Source of the DNA: a virus
Taxonomy: Duplodnaviria > Heunggongvirae > Uroviricota > Caudoviricetes
Reading direction: 5' to 3' (one strand)
IMG/VR virus record: IMGVR_UViG_3300029181_000143
DNA: 20,408 nucleotides
In this document: piece after piece, positions 15,899 to 20,408 of the stretch
How positions within the stretch are numbered: the stretch's first letter is position 1
Layout: every line of letters begins with the position of its first letter
Program-made: the position numbers and the translations under genes
Notes under the pieces: generated by a model
Database searches by the model: none
The model's input: the letters and a program-made list of their open reading frames with translations, nothing else
Told to the model about the DNA's origin: nothing

Positions 15899-16114
15899 AT
15901 GTCAAATAAAATGACTGGTTTAGTAAAATGGTTTAACGCTGATAAAGGTTTCGGCTTTATTTCTCCTGTTGATGGTAGTAAAGATGTGTTTGTGCATTTT
16001 TCTGCGATTCAGAATGATAATTATCGAACCTTATTTGAAGGTCAAAAGGTTACCTTCTCTATAGAGAGTGGTGCTAAAGGTCCTGCAGCAGCAAATGTCA
16101 TCATTACTGATTAA
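15899..16114 (+). CDS. cspB: Cold-shock protein CspB (71 aa)
   Basis: Translation [67 protein letters not shown] with RNP1 (KGFGFI) and RNP2 (VFVHF), preceded by a long AT-rich 5' leader. Confidence 0.9.
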   Translation: MSNKMTGLVKWFNADKGFGFISPVDGSKDVFVHFSAIQNDNYRTLFEGQKVTFSIESGAKGPAAANVIITD

Positions 16115-16394
16115 AATTCATCGCTCGTCTGTATACGATAACGAAGAAGGCTGATGCCTGAGTAGAGATACGGACAGAGTAGTGAATATTGGATCTCTTT
16201 AATAAAAAGTAAGGAGGTCCAATACATGAAACAATGGCTAGCATATTTAGCAAAATCTTAATCAGGAAAAGTATGCTAACCATTGTGGTGAAGTGCAGGT
16301 TTGCTGCATGAATAGTTTTACAGCAGAAGCTAACTGCTGGCATGGCAAAACAAAGTGCGTAAGTGGATGACTCCCACAAAAAGCACCACAATCT

Positions 16395-16420
16395 CAAACC
16401 CGCTCAGGCGGGTTTTTTAT
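16395..16420 (+). terminator. Rho-independent terminator between convergent cspB and the ydfK-like gene
   Basis: aaACCCGCtcagGCGGGTtttttatt hairpin with a T-run. Confidence 0.6.
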
Positions 16421-16477
16421 TATCTGCTTTAAATATATTATTAAAATATAAAAAATACTTGTTACTAATAAAATCAA

Positions 16478-16648
16478 TCAGGCTACAGCTTTAAGATTTG
16501 TCTGGAATACTTTGTTGCAATGAGGGCAGATCAAAAGGGCACCTTTTTGTACTCTTGAAAAACTGTGTTCTGACTCTTGGGTGCAGTTTGGGCAGGAACA
16601 TTTAACGAGATAATTACGGCGTGATTTTGAGTTTTTACGTTCTGACAT
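16478..16648 (-). CDS. ydfK: YdfK/YnaE-like small zinc-ribbon protein (56 aa)
   Basis: Translation MSERKNSKSRRNYLVKCSCPNCTQESEHSFSRVQKGALLICPHCNKVFQTNLKAVA with two CxxC pairs. The start is taken at the internal Met of the 73-aa ORF. Confidence 0.6.
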   Translation of the reverse strand: MSERKNSKSRRNYLVKCSCPNCTQESEHSFSRVQKGALLICPHCNKVFQTNLKAVA

Positions 16649-16867
16649 AGGCTTTTCCTGTATAAATGGCCGTATACAGTACACTAAATATGAAAACATT
16701 TCTCGTATTATTATTTTATATATGACTTTCTTTCAAAATAATTACCCACATTTTTAATGTGTATGTTTTTTTAGCGCCGTTGAGAACAACGTGTGCTGTC
16801 AAAACTACCCCGTAGACTCCGATCTTTTCAAACATATTGCACCATCCGTGTACATCGGGGTGAGGAT

Positions 16868-17083
16868 ATGAAATCAATGGATAAGTTAACAACAGGTGTT
16901 GCCTATGGCACATCGGCGGGTAATGCTGGTTTCTGGGCATTGCAGTTACTCGATAAAGTAACTCCGTCACAGTGGGCTGCAATCGGTGTGCTGGGTAGCC
17001 TGGTTTTTGGCCTGCTGACGTATCTGACAAATCTTTATTTCAAGATTAAAGAAGACAGGCGTAAGGCTGCGAGAGGAGAGTAA
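16868..17083 (+). CDS. essQ: S21-type pinholin (71 aa)
   Basis: Translation [71 protein letters not shown] has two transmembrane segments and a basic C-terminus. GAGG Shine-Dalgarno upstream. It is the first gene of the lysis cassette. Confidence 0.8.
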   Translation: MKSMDKLTTGVAYGTSAGNAGFWALQLLDKVTPSQWAAIGVLGSLVFGLLTYLTNLYFKIKEDRRKAARGE

Positions 17084-17087
17084 TCCA

Positions 17088-17395
17088 ATGACTCAAGACT
17101 ATGAACTGGTTGTGAAAGGAGTCCGTAATTTTGAGAATAAAGTTACGGTAACTGTAGCCTTACAGGACAAAGAACGCTTTGACGGTGAAATTTTTGACCT
17201 GGATGTCGCCATGGACCGTGTTGAAGGAGCTGCGCTGGAGTTTTATGAGGCAGCAGCCAGAAGGAGCGTCCGGCAAGTCTTCCTGGAAGTAGCAGAAAAA
17301 TTGTCAGAAAAAGTTGAGTCTTATCTGCAGCATCAGTACTCCTTTAAGATTGAAAATCCTGCCAATAAGCACGAGCGTCCTCATCATAAATATAT

Positions 17396-17399
<4 letters not shown>
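17088..17399 (+). CDS. ydfR: YdfR-like protein (103 aa)
   Basis: ORF tightly packed between the holin and the endolysin, as in Qin. Confidence 0.75.
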
Positions 17400-18423
<1,024 letters not shown>

Positions 18424-18786
18424 GGTAATATTAAATCGGAACATTTACATCGCGGAATGTAAAATTTAAATAAAAAGGACTCTTCCATGAGCCAAAATTC
18501 CTGAAATCTTAAGGGTAAGATAAAAGGTCTTAATCAGAATGACACGTTATTATTAATAAATAAAGCTATTCTTTCATTGCTGTGTTTTTCTTTACAAAAG
18601 TAATCCTTGCTATGGGTGGTTAATCATGCGTTAATGGTGTTCTGGTTTGTTACAAATTTATCTGAAGCAGTCATTGTTATAATTTTATTATTTGTACCTC
18701 TTGAGATTTCCTTGTTGGTTTTTCTCTCTGATATTTTTTTTCGGACCATTCTGCCCAAGGGCTAATTTCTTCAAAAGGTAATAATT

Positions 18787-18999
18787 ATGTCTAACAAAAT
18801 GACTGGTTTAGTGAAATGGTTTAACCCTGAAAAAGGTTTTGGTTTCATCACGCCGAAAGATGGCAGCAAAGATGTGTTTGTCCATTTCTCAGCAATTCAG
18901 AGCAACGATTTCAAAACATTAACTGAGAATCAGGAAGTTGAATTTGGTATTGAGAACGGACCTAAAGGTCCTGCCGCTGTTCATGTAGTGGCGCTTTGA
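18787..18999 (+). CDS. cspI: Cold-shock protein CspI (70 aa)
   Basis: Translation [70 protein letters not shown], preceded by a long AT-rich leader. Confidence 0.9.
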   Translation: MSNKMTGLVKWFNPEKGFGFITPKDGSKDVFVHFSAIQSNDFKTLTENQEVEFGIENGPKGPAAVHVVAL

Positions 19000-19030
19000 G
19001 GTAGACAATATTACAAACCATATTCACTTT

Positions 19031-19198
19031 AGATGCCCGTGTTGTCATGGTTCCCAGTATAGAACATCATCTTTTGATGTTTCTGACATGAATCCTTTCG
19101 GGGCAAAATGTATCTTTTGTAAATCAATGATGATTACATTTGATAATATTTCACAATACTTAAATGCCAGCCGTCTGTCGTTGGATTTAAAAAAGTGA
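19031..19198 (+). CDS. YnfN-like small zinc-ribbon ORF with no in-frame ATG at its 5' end (possible 5' frameshift or 36-aa product from ATG 19088)
   Basis: The open frame reads RCPCCHGSQYRTSSFDVSDMNPFGAKCIFCKSMMITFDN... (CxxC...CxxC). An ATG at 19033 is in a different frame. Confidence 0.3.
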   Translation, partial: RCPCCHGSQYRTSSFDVSDMNPFGAKCIFCKSMMITFDNISQYLNASRLSLDLKK

Positions 19199-19204
19199 AA
19201 ATGA

Positions 19205-19227
19205 AGGCTCCTTCGGGAGCTTTTTTG
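19205..19227 (+). terminator. Rho-independent terminator
   Basis: gGCTCCttcgGGAGCtttttt hairpin with a T6 run. Confidence 0.55.
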
Positions 19228-19270
19228 CTTGGTATCTATTCGATGGATACTCACATACTACGGTAACATC

Positions 19271-19501
19271 ATGAAAAAAATCATAGTTTTTTTTAACTCT
19301 GAACCTGCAGTGGTAGTGCCAGCGATGACTGGAGTTAACACCATCATGCGTGAATATCCAAATGGCGAAAAAACACACCTTACTGTAATGGCCGCAGGGT
19401 TTCCATCTCTGACCGGAGATCATAAAGTCATTTATGTAGCCGCGGATCGACATGTTACTTCAGAAGAAATTCTGGAAGCAGCAATAAGGCTCTTGAGTTG
19501 A
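19271..19501 (+). CDS. Small hypothetical prophage protein (76 aa; possibly YnfO-like)
   Basis: ORF starting MKKIIVFFNSEPAVVVPAMTGVNTIMREYPNGEK..., taken from the internal ATG of the 90-aa ORF. Confidence 0.5.
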   Translation: MKKIIVFFNSEPAVVVPAMTGVNTIMREYPNGEKTHLTVMAAGFPSLTGDHKVIYVAADRHVTSEEILEAAIRLLS

Positions 19502-19669
19502 TTTGATGCTATTGTATTGATAATTCAGGAAAATTTTCTTTGTCTGTTTGTGTAAAATTTAGACTATCGTATGTTGATTATTGCGATGTTTCATCTTATC
19601 TTTTACACGTTTGCACCATATAATCGACTTACTGTGTAACTGGAAAGTCATAACAGACTAAAAGAGGAA

Positions 19670-19846
19670 ATGATGAATATTGAAAACTTAAAAACAAAAG
19701 CAGAAGCAGATATTTCTGAATATATAACAAAAAAAATTATTGAACTTAAGAAAAAGACCGGGAAAGAAGTTACCAGTATTCAGTTTACCGCACGGGAAAA
19801 AATGACGGGTCTTGAAAGCTATGATGTCAAGATTAATTTAATCTGA
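19670..19846 (+). CDS. gnsB: GnsB-like protein (58 aa)
   Basis: Hand translation MMNIENLKTKAEADISEYITKKIIELKKKTGKEVTSIQFTAREKMTGLESYDVKINLI. AAGAGG Shine-Dalgarno upstream. Confidence 0.8.
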   Translation: MMNIENLKTKAEADISEYITKKIIELKKKTGKEVTSIQFTAREKMTGLESYDVKINLI

Positions 19847-19997
19847 TGTATTCAATAATAAAATTTATCCATAAACCTCGTTTTTACGGGGTTTTGTTAT
19901 ATTTGAATGGTTCCGAATATCTAAATCACAATTGTTGATGGTTTTTATTAAACCAATGCAGTCCGGCTCAGGAGTGAGAGAAGCCGGACGTTATGGT

Positions 19998-20408
19998 TTA
20001 GCGTGGTAAGATCTGTGTAGTTTTCTGGATGCTTTCAGTAAATAGTAATGAATTATCAAAGGAATAGTAATATCTTTTTTGTTCGTGGATATTTGTAACC
20101 CACCGAAAAACTCCTGCTTTAGCAAGGTTTCTTCTGTATTCCTGAAATGTGATCTCTCTGGATTTCAGCTTATTAGAGGTCGTTTCTATAAGATGCCTAT
20201 CCTTTGAAAATTTGACAGACACAATGTTTTTTAGGCCCTTTAATAACACTGTATTATCATTTTTTAATACAATATGAACATTCTCTGTGGCTAAATAGTA
20301 AATGTAATGTGAGACATTGTGACGTTTTAGCTCAGAATAAAACCATTGATAGTTTAAATCGTTTCGAACTTTATCAAATATTTGTTTAAAAATGACTACC
20401 TGATCCAT
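19998..20408 (-). CDS. ydfO: YdfO (DUF1398) protein, 136 aa; the start codon is the last 3 nt of the window
   Basis: Complete ORF with a stop at 19998, at the expected position next to gnsB. Confidence 0.8.
   Translation of the reverse strand: MDQVVIFKQIFDKVRNDLNYQWFYSELKRHNVSHYIYYLATENVHIVLKNDNTVLLKGLKNIVSVKFSKDRHLIETTSNKLKSREITFQEYRRNLAKAGVFRWVTNIHEQKRYYYSFDNSLLFTESIQKTTQILPR

Noticed and set aside
16104-16397. A 97-aa minus-strand ORF downstream of cspB.
   Set aside because: It has a hydrophobic, low-complexity translation in an AT-rich non-coding region, with no Shine-Dalgarno. The plus-strand 11-codon ORF with a perfect Shine-Dalgarno is the better candidate.
19045-19453. Minus-strand ORFs 19045..19254 and 19187..19453.
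   Set aside because: They are antisense to the zinc-ribbon ORF and to the 76-aa gene and span an intrinsic terminator.

Overview
This window is a Qin/Kim-like defective lambdoid prophage of Escherichia coli or Shigella, read from its integrase end to its lysis/ydfO end. All calls come from reading the ORF translations, motifs and DNA by eye and from recalled E. coli K-12 Qin gene order and sequences; no database search was run. Left to right: a frameshifted tyrosine integrase, an excisionase-like gene and an 823-aa exonuclease (all minus strand); the dicB division-inhibition operon (ydfA-ydfB-ydfC-dicF-dicB-ydfD, minus strand) under a DicA repressor with divergent dicC; a decayed early region with a YdaT-like gene, a disrupted small Dam-like methyltransferase, three stop-interrupted small ORFs, an AT-rich orphan membrane-protein gene and an IS with a frameshifted DDE transposase; flxA with a sigma-28 promoter; relB-relE-hokD; rem, ydfU and the Q antiterminator quuQ with a late-promoter-like element; cold-shock paralogs cspF, cspB and cspI with small zinc-ribbon genes; an S21-type lysis cassette (essQ, ydfR, rrrQ, rzpQ/rzoQ); gnsB and ydfO. 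No replication or virion structural genes are present, so the element is cryptic. The most unusual items are the exonuclease, whose C-terminus carries DnaQ-type DEDDh motifs with no annealase partner, the orphan membrane protein, the stop-interrupted ORF trio, an 11-codon ORF with a perfect Shine-Dalgarno downstream of cspB, and a 92-aa ORF translationally coupled to ydfU. No CRISPR array, tRNA or rRNA was seen.
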